Assembly (NCBI GenBank): GCA_010093815.1
Contig: ML996590.1
DNA: 64,000 nt
Source: Pseudovirgaria hyperparasitica
Lineage: Eukaryota
Reading direction: 5' to 3' (one strand)
The number at the start of each line of letters is the position of its first letter. Positions within the stretch are counted from its first letter, which is position 1. Of the stretch, positions 1 to 13,053 are shown piece after piece. The notes below the pieces were generated by a model. That model did no database searches, was not told the DNA's origin, and saw only the letters and a list, made by a program, of their open reading frames with translations. The position numbers were made by a program, and so were the translations under genes.

Positions 1-585
1 TGTAGCTCCCAAGATAGCAATCATTAAGGACTTGTTGGTGGCGTGTGATATAATCACGTCTAGATGCGGCGTTGCTGGTATACTGAAAGCTGGACTCGTG
101 CCGGACATACATGCAGGCATGGAGTCTGTCTCGTGTGTCGCATAATCGTCAAGGGGCTTTCCTAGCAAAGTATCGCTGTCTGGTTTCCTCAGCTGATATG
201 CGACTGAAACCCCGCTAAAGATCCAAGAGAGCAGATTGGGAATGCTTGCTCGCTCGATGTGATGGATCTATTGGCTAGCAATGCAGTATTGCCTCTACAT
301 GACACGGCTTCCGGACCGGCGCGTGAGAAGCATCCCTCCAGAGTCCGCCTGTCGACACAGCCACTTCCAATAGTCTGCGGCATTAATGGCATCAATTTAG
401 GGCATCGCGATCGACACGCCGATTTGCGTTCTTAGGTGGAAGCGATGTGGTAACGTATCGTTGCATTGTCCACGCTTCTGTTCTGGACGGGCCTTGAGGG
501 AGTCAATCACAGGGCGGCAGTATCGTCTGGCGAGCATTTAAGAACCGCAAGGTCCCCTTCAGTATACCGAGCATTTCCTTCTAAC

Positions 586-2528
586 ATGGCTAACTCGGGT
601 ATATTCAATGCGTCCTCGTCTAACCCTTATTCTTTCCAATTCGTACCTTACTCTGGACCACCTTCAGCCAAGCCGCGAAAGGTAGCAATGACGCGTGACA
701 ATAATAATCCTACACGCAGAGCCCGATCCGTCATTAGTCCTGCATCCGGCCATGCCGTGTCCCCATTGCAAGGATCGGTCCATGTGGGCGAAGTGGCGTC
801 GCAGTCGGTCACTGGCGTTTTCGATTCCTTGCAGTCCGGTACAGTGTGCTTCACATTTGAAGGAAGCGTCGAAAGCGATACAGTGCACACGACTCAATAT
901 GGCCTTCAGGCTAACGCTTCTCGTAGATCCTGTGCACAGAAATCATGACCCACCCGAACCTCCATCAAGCCCAATACATCCAGAGCAGAAGGGGGCGGTC
1001 GAGGCTTCTGATACATATGAACCTGATAGCGGCCATGGTATGTATCATAATCCGTCAAACTTTCATGATTTCATTGACTGTAGCAGTTGCTCCTTACAGT
1101 GGAAATTGCGTCACGGAACAGCAGTTACACCATGAAGATGAGTGGGTAGATGAAGCAACCCGTACCGAAAACGAGTCTTGCCAGCACGTGAGCGAAAGCC
1201 CTGGTCATACGGCCCTCCCCAGAACTGGCGATAGCCCAGGTGAGTCTTAGTTGCGCCCTCTGTCAAAGGTGCCTAACACTACACTAGATTATCCAATCTC
1301 CATTGGATCCATTAAATCAGACGACTCTCTGTCTCCAGTGGAGGTATTGCTTAAACGGCGACGAAGACATGGACACAGCGTAAGCGTCAGCTCCGATGTG
1401 AGTGGTATCAACAATTTCCCCACGGATCGCGACCTGGCTGGCAGTTCGACAGTAGAGAATAGAGAGCCGAAACGCCTGGCGTCTAACACGGACAATCGAG
1501 CGTCGTCTTCTGACTATACCAAATCGCCCGATCTGACGTGCATTTCTCCACGCCCGGGCGAGACAGCTATTGTGGAGAGTGATGGTTGTGGATATTTTCA
1601 GAGTGAAGTCAACCCAATAGCGTCAAAAGTCGGGAAGGCAGTAGTAGGGGGCGTGAATGTCATACCCGAGACACAAGAAGTGCAAGAGGACGATCCGAAG
1701 AGCTGTCGCTGGCACATCCACGAGACCAACAAACATCTCTACGCGAGTGCTTCAGTGGCAAGGCATACGAAGCGAGTCCGTCAAACGAGCGAAGAGCCTG
1801 GAGTTCGTCCCAAAAAATGTCATCGACCACTAGCACCATTGCCTACAACAAGCTCGCAGCCGACCCCTGGATGTCGGCAACAAGCAGCTTCTCAGCTACA
1901 TCTGCAACACACAGCTGGCTGTAAGGCTATGGAGGAAGAGATTCCAAAGGCCACCGTTACGCGACTTGCTAGGGATTCGAATGTGAATTCGATCTTAGCC
2001 ATCACCCATACTCGCCATCGCCTTGACGGGACCCTCTATATCTCAGCCATAATGCGTGCAGACCGGATTATGGGGTCATGGGACAGGGTCAAGGCCAGCT
2101 TGGCGGCCGCAGCATCAGTGGCAGATCCTAGCACCCTTACGGTCACGGTCACGGACTGTGAACCGGACGATTCTCTCGGAGAATGGCCAGACTTGGTCCT
2201 GGTCACTGCTAAACGGGGAGGAACGCAGTGCTCTGTGCAGGACTGGACAGGGGACCTGGTCGGTAAAGAGAGCGACCAGGACAGCGATTCTGAATCAGAT
2301 TGCTCGTCCAAAGGATCTCAGTATGTGCCCAATCAGCCGCGACGCACCCATGAGCGATGGAAACCAGAGGATGATGCGGTGCTCAAGACATGGTCGGGAA
2401 AACGGGGTGATATCACCAGAATTCAAAACTCACTCGGATCAAAGCGTTCCTTGGGCGCAATCCAGATCCGCATTCACAAAATGAATAAGTCTTGGCAAAA
2501 GGGTGCCAAAAGAGATGAAGATGTCTAG
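586..2528 (+). CDS. Multi-exon protein with C-terminal Myb/SANT-like domain (5' exon structure uncertain)
   Basis: Long ORF 1251-2528 ends in RRTHERWKPEDDAVLKTW...IQNSLGSKRSLGAIQIRIHKM (W..EDD..L...RS.GA.Q.R Myb pattern) after an acidic Ser-rich linker. A 48-nt intron at 1240-1287 (GTGAGT..CTAAC..TAG) removes the stop at 1248-1250 and joins it in frame to ORF 945-1250. Confidence 0.55.
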
Positions 2529-3044
2529 CAACGCGCAAGGAACTCGACCTTTCGCTATAGTCAATACTGTGACACCATTCGCAGCGGCTTAAGAACTCTG
2601 TATGTAATGCTGCGCAGCCGAGTACGTTGCTGGCGAAGTGGTCTTGTATAACGACATTCTTCTTGCTTTGACCCACAAGTCTCAAATCTATGCCGGCCTG
2701 GAAGAAATTTAGTTATGTCGCATGTATCTGGCTATCCCCGCTTCGCAGAGAGCTGAAGAAGCTTAATTTAGCTTCCAGAGGGTTATCCTATAGTAATCTT
2801 CTCTTTCCATTTGAACACTACTTAGAATAACTATTATAAGGGCGAGATGTAAACCTTCACTAAGCTTAATAACATACTATGTAGTAAATATAGCATAGGA
2901 AAATCATTACAAGGGGAAGACGCTACCTTCTTGCCCAGAGGCGGGTTCCTGTAAGCCAACTATTGTAGAGAATTGTAGCGATTGCGGGATTGCGGATTAT
3001 TATTATAGGTTTATTACTGCATGCATTGTAGAAACCCATGTCTG

Positions 3045-3255
3045 CTCATGCCTTACTTTCTAGGCTAAGACCACTTCACGGAATGGGTCGTCCCATTTGT
3101 TTTAGTTATGCTTCTTACGAGTAATCGATAGGTTTGCTTTTACTACTACCGTCCTGCCTTTAGGGAGAGTAAAATTAGAGTTGTTTGTCCTAAGAAGAGT
3201 AGTTTATCGTTACCGCAATTTGATCGTCGAAAGTTAAGGTAGGTAAGACAGAGCA
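3045..3255 (+). repeat. ~210-bp dispersed repeat, copy 1 (direct copy at 57219-57435)
   Basis: CTCATGCCTTACTTTCTAG...GACAGAGCA aligns by eye with 57219-57435; differences mostly transitions plus small indels. Confidence 0.9.
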
Positions 3256-3726
3256 GGCTGTAGCACTACGCAGGCTATAGCACTACGCAGGCTGTCGGCC
3301 GGCATTTTTCCGTGACCATAAGCAATATGGAGGGTAGCAACGCGAACAGCATAACTTAGCTATAAAATGCCGTCCGAGAGGCAGGGCTGTAGCACTACGC
3401 AGGCTGTAGCACTACGTAGGCTGTAGCACTACGCAGGCTGTAGCACTACGCAGGCTGTAGCACTACGCATAGCACTATACGCAGGCTGTAGCACTATACG
3501 CAGGCTGTAGCACTATACGTAGGCTGTAGCACTATACGCAGGCTGTAGCACTATACGCAGGGTAGCACTACGCAGGCTGTAGCACTACGTAGGCTGTAGC
3601 ATTACGCAGGCTGTAGCACTATACGCAGGGTAGCACTACGCAGGCTGTAGCACTACGTAGGCTGTAGCATTACGCAGGCTGTAGCACTACGCAGGCTGTA
3701 GCACTATACGCAGGTTGTAGTACTAC
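3253..3726 (+). repeat. Minisatellite of GCAGGCTGTAGCACTAC (17 bp, with 19-bp variants), about 20 copies
   Basis: Head-to-tail units directly visible, interrupted once at ~3296-3383. Confidence 0.95.
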
Positions 3727-4154
3727 AGGGGTGTTTGAAACCTCAGGTGAAGGTCATTTTTTGACCTTTTTTGACCTTTTTTGACCTTTTTTGACCTTTT
3801 TGACCTCCAATCCACCGAGTGTTTGAAATCGTATCCCACCTCCAGCTTAAAACCCGAGCTGATGATCAGGGTATACACACTAAGCGGCACTAAGAGAACC
3901 GGTCGACGGGGTGGCTTAATCTAACTATTTAGAGTATACTCGGAGGTCAAAATCGACATTTTTCGACCTTTTTCGAGGAGCAAGTATTTTTCGCATGTGG
4001 AAAAACTCGAATCTATTCGTTTTCGCCAAAACTTCGGTAAAACTAAGAAAAACTAAGAGAAACTAAGGATTTAGTATAGCTGGACGCCGTCTCAACGCTT
4101 AAAAATAAGGTTATTCTAGAGGTCAAAAATCGACCTGAGGTTTCAAACACCCCC
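3727..4154. mobile_element. MITE, PIF/Harbinger-like (GGGG-starting TIR, 3-bp TSD), copy 1
   Basis: TIR AGGGGTGTTTGAAACCTCAGG ... CCTGAGGTTTCAAACACCCCC; TAC on both sides (3724-3726, 4155-4157); second copy at 55966-56384. Confidence 0.85.
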
Positions 4155-4637
4155 TACGTAGTTAGGCTATACCCGTCCCACGCACTTCGGAGTTGTAACC
4201 TCCGAATAGTACGTAAGTCCTTCCTGTGACTAAAGGAGGGGGTCAGAATTCCGGCCTTTCACTACGAAAGCGAGGCTGCCAAGAACTTACTGAGCTTCCT
4301 GCGCGCCCTGTTGCTCTCATCACTGCAAGGGTTAAGCAACTCTACTCGACGGATCGAAGCAGCAGCCGTGTCCGTCTCAGTTCATCCTGTCTCCGGGACT
4401 CGCGCCACTCGCGCCTTCTAGGTCCGCTGGCCATGCCTGTATAGTGTATGTCTCCTAAGCGCTCATTGAGGAGGCTTGTAATAGTCCTGTCATGTAGATC
4501 TTATCCCCAGAGTTGCAATGCTGCAATCCGAATCCATTCAAGCTCAATCTGAGCTTAAATTTTGATAGGGGATACAACCTCAACCTAGGAGTCAAAAATG
4601 ATTGCCAAGATGGTACAATCTTCATCCGATTGGTCAG

Positions 4638-4844
4638 ATTGCATATGTGGATTGAATAAAGTGGGACATACATCTAAATATAACCTAGGGCCTTATTTTA
4701 GCTAGATTTAGGTATTATGAGAGCCTTAGGTAGGTAGCCTTGGGTAAATTAATCGTAGCCTTAGGCAGATGTATAGTAGCCTTAGCCAGATAGATATAGA
4801 TCTACCTAATATATGCCCCACTTTATTCAATCCACATATGCAAT
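4638..4844. repeat. 28-bp perfect inverted repeat around an AT-rich spacer
   Basis: ATTGCATATGTGGATTGAATAAAGTGGG at 4638-4665 and its reverse complement at 4817-4844. Confidence 0.85.
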
Positions 4845-4954
4845 TTCAATCCCTTGGCATAGATTCCAAGCTCAATCTATACTTTTAGGGTGACTAATCA
4901 TACAATTCTAATCTAGGACCTCAAATTGTATCCGAATGTAGATGGTCATGTCTG
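4840..4954 (+). mobile_element. Copy of the 3' end of the hAT element at 44851-44965
   Basis: 115-bp near-identical segment; both copies stop at ...GATGGTCATGTCTG (CAG- on the other strand, typical hAT end). Confidence 0.7.
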
Positions 4955-6791
4955 CAATAGAGTAGTACATTGATGTAAGAATAATCATAGCATATATCCT
5001 AAGCAAGCTTTCGAATTCCAAATTCGAATTACTTTGTAACCTAATCTTCGAGCCTAGTCTCTGGTCCCGCCCCGTCTCCTGCTTCTTTATCTCATCGTTA
5101 CAACTTTGGGAAGTGACGAGCGGGAAGGGGTGGCACTGTTTGCAAAGTCTGCACATCACCCATCACGCAGTTATATTTCCTCTCATGCTATCACAGGACC
5201 AACAAGCAACGAAGCAGTATCCAGGCTCTATAGCTAACTATGCGTTCTAGCTGCATATATCTACGACACTACTTCCAAGATGCGGCTTGGAGCTCCAGAT
5301 CAGAGCTGCCAGTCTCTAATACACGACTTGAATTCTTTTCACTTTTCACTTTTCACTCCTCAACTTTTGTTCCTGGTGCAAGACCCTCTCATCTTTGCAG
5401 CTATCCGCATAATGTTCTACGATCATGCCGCCGCACGGCATGTCTCATACCAGGAAAGGCTGACAAGCTTTTGCCTCAATTGGAGATTAGCGAGCCCACG
5501 CTGGTATCTATGCTCCGAACAGCGCGGTATGCTGCCTTTCATCCGCAAAAGAATCCATAGTGATCCACAATCTGACACACCAACTTTAGGAAGACGCACA
5601 GCTTGGTCGGGTCTTATAATCATCGGTTGACTTTTATTCTCATGTCGTTTCTGGTATGATAGCAACTATATCAAAAATGCTGAGCATGAAGCCACCGAGT
5701 TCGCTCTGAAATATCTTGAATATAGCCTGTCAAACAACTTGGAGATGTGGGCCATGGCAAGGGAGGGTGGAAATAGGTGCGTGGGACGGGTAGGCCATGA
5801 TTTAGAGTAATTGGAACGAGATTGGACCGTAGTGTGACGGATTCGATGAAGCTTGGCCCGAAAAACCAGTTCTAGCGTTGGTCATCGCAGAGGCGGTTCA
5901 GAATCTTAGTAGGATATAGCAGAACATCTTACAGTGTCTGTCTGTTTGCGCGCACATAGCTGCCGTACAACGTCTGCAAGAAATTTTGAACTTAATATAT
6001 CTTGATAAAGCATAGTGTTCGATTCAAGTAGGAGATGATGCTGTTCAATTCGAGAGCTTGTTGATGCGAGACGTTGCAAGTATTGTCGAGTGGCTGGGCT
6101 CTGCAGGGAGCCCGTCGATGGCTGTATATTCGGTGATGACTATTGTGATCGGGTACTTGGACTTCGTCGTCATGTTCCGCTTCGCTTGATTGACTAGATG
6201 GCTGCCATCCGCTTTGACGGACGCGCTGTGATCGTGACTTGCTCGCAGGGTGTGTTGTCCAGACGCGTTGTGACCGCGACAGCAGCTAAGCAGGTGCAAA
6301 TGGGCGTTGGGGGACGCGCCACGACCTGTAGCGACTATCGCGGCTACAGGCACGCGTATTCTGATGCTTTATTTCGACTGAATTCCAAAAATTTGCGTTC
6401 TCGCTGTGTTGTGCTTTTCTACTGGAAGAGGGTTCAGGCTAAATAAATGGGACGACCCATTCCGTTCTTGATTAGTCAGCGTCCTTCCAGCAATGTCAAA
6501 ACTGCGCGCGAATTGTAGAAGTCTGCGAGCATCGATAATATTCAATTTGGGCGCATTTGTGTGACCAATTTATTTGCTACCGTGTAGGCATGTGAATGGG
6601 CCTACTTCTGCACATCCATGTCATAGTCGAGCCGATTACTTCAAATGTTCAAGCATGTCGCGCACTGTGTGGCTAACGGCTGTCCTCAATACTGAGCAAC
6701 GCGTTCACGAGCAAGTTCGACCGAAGTCACTGGCTGAAGTGACGCATAATTCCGCAACGCGACAGGGAACCGTTTCGTCGAGATACTGCCG

Positions 6792-6881
6792 AGCATTAGA
6801 TGTCCAAGCATTAGATGTCCAAGCATTAGATGTCCAAGCATTAGATGTCCAAGCATTAGATGTCCAAGCATAGATGTCCAA
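6792..6881 (+). repeat. 15-bp tandem repeat AGCATTAGATGTCCA, about 6 copies
   Basis: Directly visible. Confidence 0.95.
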
Positions 6882-6886
6882 AGGAC

Positions 6887-7024
6887 CAAAACCTACAGAT
6901 TTCGCGAATTGATTTCGAAGTGGAAGAACTATCTTGTTGTAGACTACACTNNNNNNNNNNCAAAACCTACAGATTTCGCGAATTGATTTCGAAGTGGAAG
7001 AACTATCTTGTTGTAGACTACACT
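6887..7024. other. Scaffold gap (10 N at 6951-6960) with 64 bp duplicated on either side; likely assembly artefact
   Basis: 6887-6950 is identical to 6961-7024. Confidence 0.85.
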
Positions 7025-7469
7025 CAGTCCGAATTGAAAGTCTTTGGAGACGTTGCAAGACTCGGGTTGTTTGACTCAGCCCCCGGGGACTCCTCGGCTC
7101 TGCCGAAACTACAAGACTTTCTCGCAGCTTAGATTCGTGTTTCCTCGAGATTTTCACTGCGATATTACAGAAGCTCCATATTCATCAACACGCTCTCAAT
7201 TTTTCTCTCACTGCTCGTTTGATTGGTCTTCCAATGAATTCTTCTGTGTCGCATGCGTGTACATCCGTTTCAACGCGACTTGTTTCGTCGTAGCTCGCAC
7301 TCCATTGCACGCACATAGCCGTCGATGAACCACGAGAATGGCACAGGAATCGATGCGTCACAGCTCTCAGTCTTCAGCAATACTTCCAAAGACAAAAAAT
7401 AGTAGCTCGATAGAGCAGAGACCGGTACGATCTTGGGTACATCTGCTTGCTGGCGCGTAAGTCACGAAC

Positions 7470-7932
7470 AGCCTTGATTGCTTAAAGCAATGGAGGATTA
7501 GCCACAGCGCTTGTTACATCCCCGCTTGATGGTCTGCGAACTCGACTCCAATCAGATTACCACCGCCCTTCTCTCGTTCCTGCGTCTCCCGTCCAGTCCA
7601 GGCTTACTTTTCTTGGTCCATCGAAGGACCACATTCGCGGCACCTTCCAGATCATTGGCTCCATCTCCCATACCGAAGGCTAGCGCGACTTCTATCGAGG
7701 TCTCGGGCCAAGCCTTGCAGGCGTAGTCCCTGCAACTGCAATTAAATTCTACGTATACGGCAACTGTAAATATCTTGGAGCGCAGATGCTAGGGTGCGGA
7801 GAAGACGCGGCCATAGTTCACGCCTACGCTGCCGTTGCCGCTGGGATACCAACAGCGACTGCTACAAATCCAATCTGGCTTGTTAAAACAAGACTGCAGC
7901 TTGATACCTCAACAGTTGAAACACTGACGTAA
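7470..7932 (+). pseudogene. RIM2: Mitochondrial carrier fragment (Rim2/SLC25A33-36 type)
   Basis: Manual translation: GGLATALVTSPLDGLRTRLQSDY ... FQIIGSISHTEG*RDFYRGLGPSLAGVVPATAIKFYVYGNCK ... ATATNPIWLVKTRLQLD; carrier Px(D/W)xx(K/R)xR signatures, internal stops, truncated. Confidence 0.85.
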
Positions 7933-9075
7933 AGAAGTGACTGAGAACGTATGCCGGTAATCTGGAAAGGCATGGAGGCCTATCATCCAAGCGTCGTCTG
8001 TGTGCGGCGTAGCGGGAGAGCTTGGATCCGAAGTCCTTCTAGAAGTCCATCGAAACGCTTTACCAGGTCGCCCTCGAATCCGTGCCTTCACGCGCTCAAA
8101 CAAAGTGCTCAATGGTCTGGCTGAGGAGACAGATACGATGAATGCTTGTAGTGATTTTCCCACAACCGGGGCTTTTCCAGCAAGATCGATTTTACGTTAT
8201 GGAAGCGCTCCTGATCAGATACATGTCAAGACAAAGGATCGCAGTTCGAGCATTTCTACGGAGATTTCTGGATTTGATGTATCCCTGCAAGACTTCGAGC
8301 TCGCGAGGTGGGCACTTTTGCTCAGCTTCAATATCCTGTTGGAGCATATCGCCGAACCATAAACTTCCAGTGATAATACTATATATTTTGTACTGGGATG
8401 AATACTCTATTGCTGATACTCGGTAACTCTTTCTCCCCTACGCTCTTTTCGCCCACCGCACAATCGCAAAAGATGACACCCTTGTACATTCCGCCTAGAT
8501 ATGATATAGAGGCTACGGCACCGAGCATCTTGCTATCAACAACACCTTTGTTCGTCGTTTCTTGACACGTCTAGCGTTGCACACTACAGCGAAGTTCTAC
8601 ACCGCAGTTGGTCTCTGCATCCCGATCTCAAAACATAAAATTGTCAAGACAGGGCGTCGAGTTCACCTAACAGAAGGTGCAGCAACCCTGAAACTTATGT
8701 ACCACCGCCCCGCCTGAAGATCTATAAGGCGGATTAGAAGCCTAACATATGATAGAGCCTGAAAAGCTCAAGCACTCACAGCACCTCAACATCCACAATG
8801 TTCAGCCAAATGAGGCTACAAACACGCTTGGATTAACGGAAAGTGGTTAAGTTGTAGTATCCTGGTACTTGCTTACATATCCTTGCAAAACATAGCGGAT
8901 CATGGGATCATCATGGGATCATCATGGTACCACACCGGGTCACGGACTTCCAGGCGTGTCGGTGAGAGTGACAAGAGTTAAAACTGCCATTTTGATGCTA
9001 TTTCACGCCACATGATATGAGTCTTAAACAATGTACTAGCTATGATGATCAGGTGTGCTCTTCTGGAGAGTACAT

Positions 9076-11995
9076 CTAATACGTGCTGGATGCTCTCAAT
9101 CCTCTGATGTTATCTGAAGCTTGGCGTAAAATCTGATAATCTCTGACAAGAGCTGGTGCGAGGTTTGAGTATGTTTTGCATTTGTGCATTGTTTCTTCAA
9201 GGAGTTCGGGGATTTCATGGATCGGGGCAAACCCGTCAAGGTCTTTAAACCATACAGACTCGCAGCACTGTGCAAGAACCAAGCAATTTCCGAATTGACT
9301 GTCGTCTCATGTTAGGTGTTTCATATCGTGTGTTTGATATCTTATGTAATAATGAAGGATACTCACGCATGGATTGTGCCAAAAATATTCGTTACCTTTA
9401 GACGTTGGAATACCGTCGAAAGCTTTCGTACTCCGGATCGAGGACCACATACAAGTATGACTAAGCAGCATGCTCCTGATGGCTTTGGTACTAATGCCAT
9501 CCCAAGACTGAGTTGGACCACTATCAAGAAGATCTTCAAGTGAATTCCCCCATTCCGCTTCCCGGAGCTTTGAAGCCGTCAAGCTCGCTTTTCGAGATCT
9601 GATGTAAGTCCATGCTCGCTTAAGTACATCTCGGTCGGCTTCTGGGCAATGGTATACGTAGTGTAGGTATGGTCGAGTAATGATTGTTTCTGCTCCATAG
9701 TATTCCGCCCGTAGCCTAGCAATATTCAGATCGGGGGAAGGATCGTCATAATCATCCCAATCCACGCCCATCGCTTTACTCACGTTTCGCCAGTTATATA
9801 GCCAATTGAGAAACGAAGGTATGCCTGTTGACGCCTCTCTACCGAATGGAGGCTCGTAGACGCCAGCTGGGAAGCTGTCTGGTGGATGGTCCCATAAGGT
9901 GGATAGATGCATAGGGACCTGGTTGAGTATCTTACGGAACTGTATCTGTGCCAAAAACAACACTATGATAATGTCACGCTGGTTATCGACTTGTCCCGTT
10001 TCGCCAGACACTGGTTGATCTTTCGGATAGGCAACTCGATCTTCCCAAAGTGTTATATGACTTGTTGGTAGTGGCAAATATGCAAGGATATCACTGCTAT
10101 AGTTCAGTTTTACTATTTAATGGTGCCTCATCGTTTTAGACTAACCTTTCAAGCTGTACTGCTGACCAATATACGAACTTGAGGAGATTCATCTTGATTT
10201 TAAACTTGGCTACCTCACCAGGAGGTAGATTATCGGGATGCTGCTGGCGATTATATTTAGAAGGGTCCGTAGGGTCAGGCTTCACATATACGTGATTTCT
10301 ACAGCGAGTCAGCGTTCTGCATGATTCATATAGCTAGGAAGTAAGATACATTCTAAGGTTGAACCTAATAACCCGGGCTGCAGCATTAATCCAGCTATAG
10401 CTCTCTAAGCCACGACCAAGTTGGTTCATGTAGAGGCTCGCTAGTAGAAACGCCTGGGCATGGTAAACTTCGTTACCACCGTACAGATTCCCAAGGATAT
10501 TGGACGCATACGCATACGCATAGTAGTGTAGACCAGGAATAACGTCCAGATTCATGAGTTCCTTGTTTAAACGTGCTGGGCTGCCTGGATCCTTGTCTTC
10601 GACAGGCGACCGAAGACCTATTGAGGTTACAGGTGAATATCGCATTCGTGTCGAAGGAGAGTGGATTGACTCGGCAATTTTATTGCGAGGGTTGAGAGAA
10701 CCCCTGATCAGTCTATCTTCCTGCAGAACTGCGCCCAATGCAAGGACAAGTAGGATGATTGCATCTGTTATGGTCCCTCCAGTCTTTGGAGGCCGAACAT
10801 GGCTTTGTGCAGGTCGTGCGTAGATCGGAACGGCTGTGGGCTCGCCCTCATCGACATCCGTTCTCTGTCTTTTCGTCGGTCGATGATGATCTCAAAGGTG
10901 CTGAGGAATAGGTAGAGGAGATTTTGTACTGGCCGGAGGGTTCATTCTGCCTACAAATGCGTCCACCTGTTTCTTTAGCCGTGCTTTATCGAGGAAAGGA
11001 TGGAAGACATGCATGTGATCCAGATAACTCGCGAGAAGTCTGTTAACCGTGCATGGCGTGAAATCGAGGCGATTCACCTTGTCATTAAAACCATAGGAAG
11101 CTTGGCCGCTGTCCGACGTAGAACACATGGACAGAGTTTCGCTGTAGGTTTTGCTGCTAGCGTGACTACCGACTTGCTGGGCCTCGTCTTCGTGTGTCAG
11201 ACCATCACCCCAACCGTATATCTGTAAACTACCCCGTTCCTCTTCAATCTTAAGGGGGTAATTCTCCGAGAGAGGCACAATGGAATTGAAATACTTTGCC
11301 ATGGCTGGCCATGTTTCAAAAGGTAATGAGCAGCGGTTCTATGCTCATCGAATTCATTTAGCTCTCGCCGGTACTGGTGTTGTTGCTGGTGTTGATACTG
11401 TTGCGGATGATGGTTGGTTTCTGGTTGAAGATGAGTGCCATTGGCGCGCGAACCGTTTTCGATACGAGTTAATCTACGGTTCAAGTGTTCCTCTATAGTA
11501 TTCAACTTCTCCGTGAGGAGTTGAAATGATTTGTCGGCCCTTTGCTTGTTACTCAGCGATCGCCACGCTTGCTTTGCATACTTACTTTGAAGGGGGAACC
11601 TCCGCGTATTCACACTCGATATTCTTCTCTCTACAGAACAAGCAGGGTCGATTTCCAACACACTTCCGTCTTTGAAGACGACAATTTTTGCAAGCCAACG
11701 AATGTTTTAGCCTCCCAAGTCTGGAATAATCTGAATACGAATGCATGACGCACCTGTTGAGCGCGAGATGAGCGCTTCTTGGTGCGTGAAGTAGTATTCC
11801 AGTATGGAATTGGACCCGCAAGAGGTATCGAGGTAGCAGATTGTCTTGTAGGCGGCTGATATTCAATAGGTTGCGAACCAGCCCAGGTCGGGGTTCCGAC
11901 GACGAAGGACATACGGTAAAAGCAGGAGCTCTATGTCCTGGTGGTGGTGATAGTATTAAGGTTATTGATCCAATTGTAGGCACAATTAAAGGCAA
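9076..11995 (-). pseudogene. Zn(II)2Cys6 fungal transcription factor, near full length, disrupted
   Basis: ACKNCRLQRRKCVGNRPCLFCREKNIEC binuclear cluster; SYLDHMHVFHPFLD, AQAFLLASLY and DLNIARLRAEYYGA motifs; several introns; frameshift near 11310 and in-frame TGA at 10892-10894. Confidence 0.85.
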
Positions 11996-13016
11996 AGATG
12001 AAGAGGAGATTTAAGTTATGCAAGTTGCGGATTTGGAGCTAAAGATTATGGAGAATGTTTTCATGGCTTCGGTGATCGGTGGGTTTTGCGACCCCCGGTT
12101 GGTAGTGTTTTTTTCCGCGAAAACAAGAAATCTATCAGCTATACAGGTACGAGCCGGGGGTTGGTGCACATCCAATCATGTCGTTGTCGCGAGAATGTTG
12201 TAATAATATGCACTCTCGACATGTACGGATTCACGATTGCGCCATGGTCCCGTTGTGCTCGCACATTCTTGCTGCGGGTGAAGGCGTTCTAGAGAGGGAT
12301 TTTAAGTCTTTGAGACTTCGTCAAGTGCATGCGTAAGCTGTGGCGATTTCCTAAGCGAAGTCAGCACCTCGATGATGTTGCCGCCTACCTGATGCTGATC
12401 TTATGCCCACGCCTATCGGAAGAGTGCAAGATACCTAGGTCCAATTAATTATGCCACAATAAACATGGCACAAAAGATCTCCTAAACTCAAAACCAAGAA
12501 GACCACTGGCAGGGCTCCTTTCACGCCGCCCCCGTGGGATATGGTCCCCCCACAGCCTTACAGGCATGGTTGGTTGGACGAGTGCGTAGGAGAGCTGCAC
12601 TTAGTTAGGGAGGCTTGATGTACGGCAAACTCTTTGACAGCACAACTCAATATCTGTCTTGTCCCTTCATGCTTGCAAAAGGCTAATGTGATAATGTCTA
12701 GGATAGACACCTCATTTGAGGAAGCAGTTGCTGCCAGAAAAGCAGGAGTTGGTGTCGACGTTGAGTCATAATGCGATATCCTACAACAGTATTACCGGCA
12801 ACTTCTTGAATCTGAAAATCATTGGGCTCTAGAATTATTAATTCTAGACTCTCTTAAGATCGTTCAGAACCTTGGTACCATAAGGAGGATACTTGATCAA
12901 CATTTCTATAAGACCTGCTCATATCTTCTGAAGAGAATGTGTTTGTTGTGCGCGCGACACGTGCCAAGAGTTGCGCTGAAAAAGTTACGGATGGATTACA
13001 GAGCTCTTCCTCCTTC

Positions 13017-13053
13017 AGCCGCTCTTGGCAACATATTGTTGCCAAGAGCGGCT
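13017..13053. repeat. Perfect hairpin, 17-bp arms with 3-nt loop
   Basis: AGCCGCTCTTGGCAACA-TAT-TGTTGCCAAGAGCGGCT; related copy at 34104-34138. Confidence 0.9.

Larger units (their letters stand above)
4172..5790. mobile_element. Putative non-autonomous Tc1/mariner-type TIR element
   Basis: Perfect 14-bp TIR CCCGTCCCACGCAC (4172-4185) / GTGCGTGGGACGGG (5777-5790), each flanked by TA; no transposase recognised inside. Confidence 0.6.

Noticed and set aside
3253..3726. Possible CRISPR-like array
   Set aside because: Units are head-to-tail with no unique spacers, the context is eukaryotic and there are no cas genes. The same applies to the arrays at 6792, 25988, 41541 and 51834.
4508..4954. 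Complete non-autonomous hAT element starting CAGAGTTGC
   Set aside because: Ends match only weakly and there is no 8-bp TSD; only the right end is supported.
6574..6889. ORFs with ALDVQ / LGHLM / AWTSN peptide repeats
   Set aside because: Translation of a 15-bp tandem repeat that is open in several frames; no coding evidence.
6887..7024. 64-bp direct repeat
   Set aside because: Flanks an N gap exactly; most likely an unmerged contig overlap.
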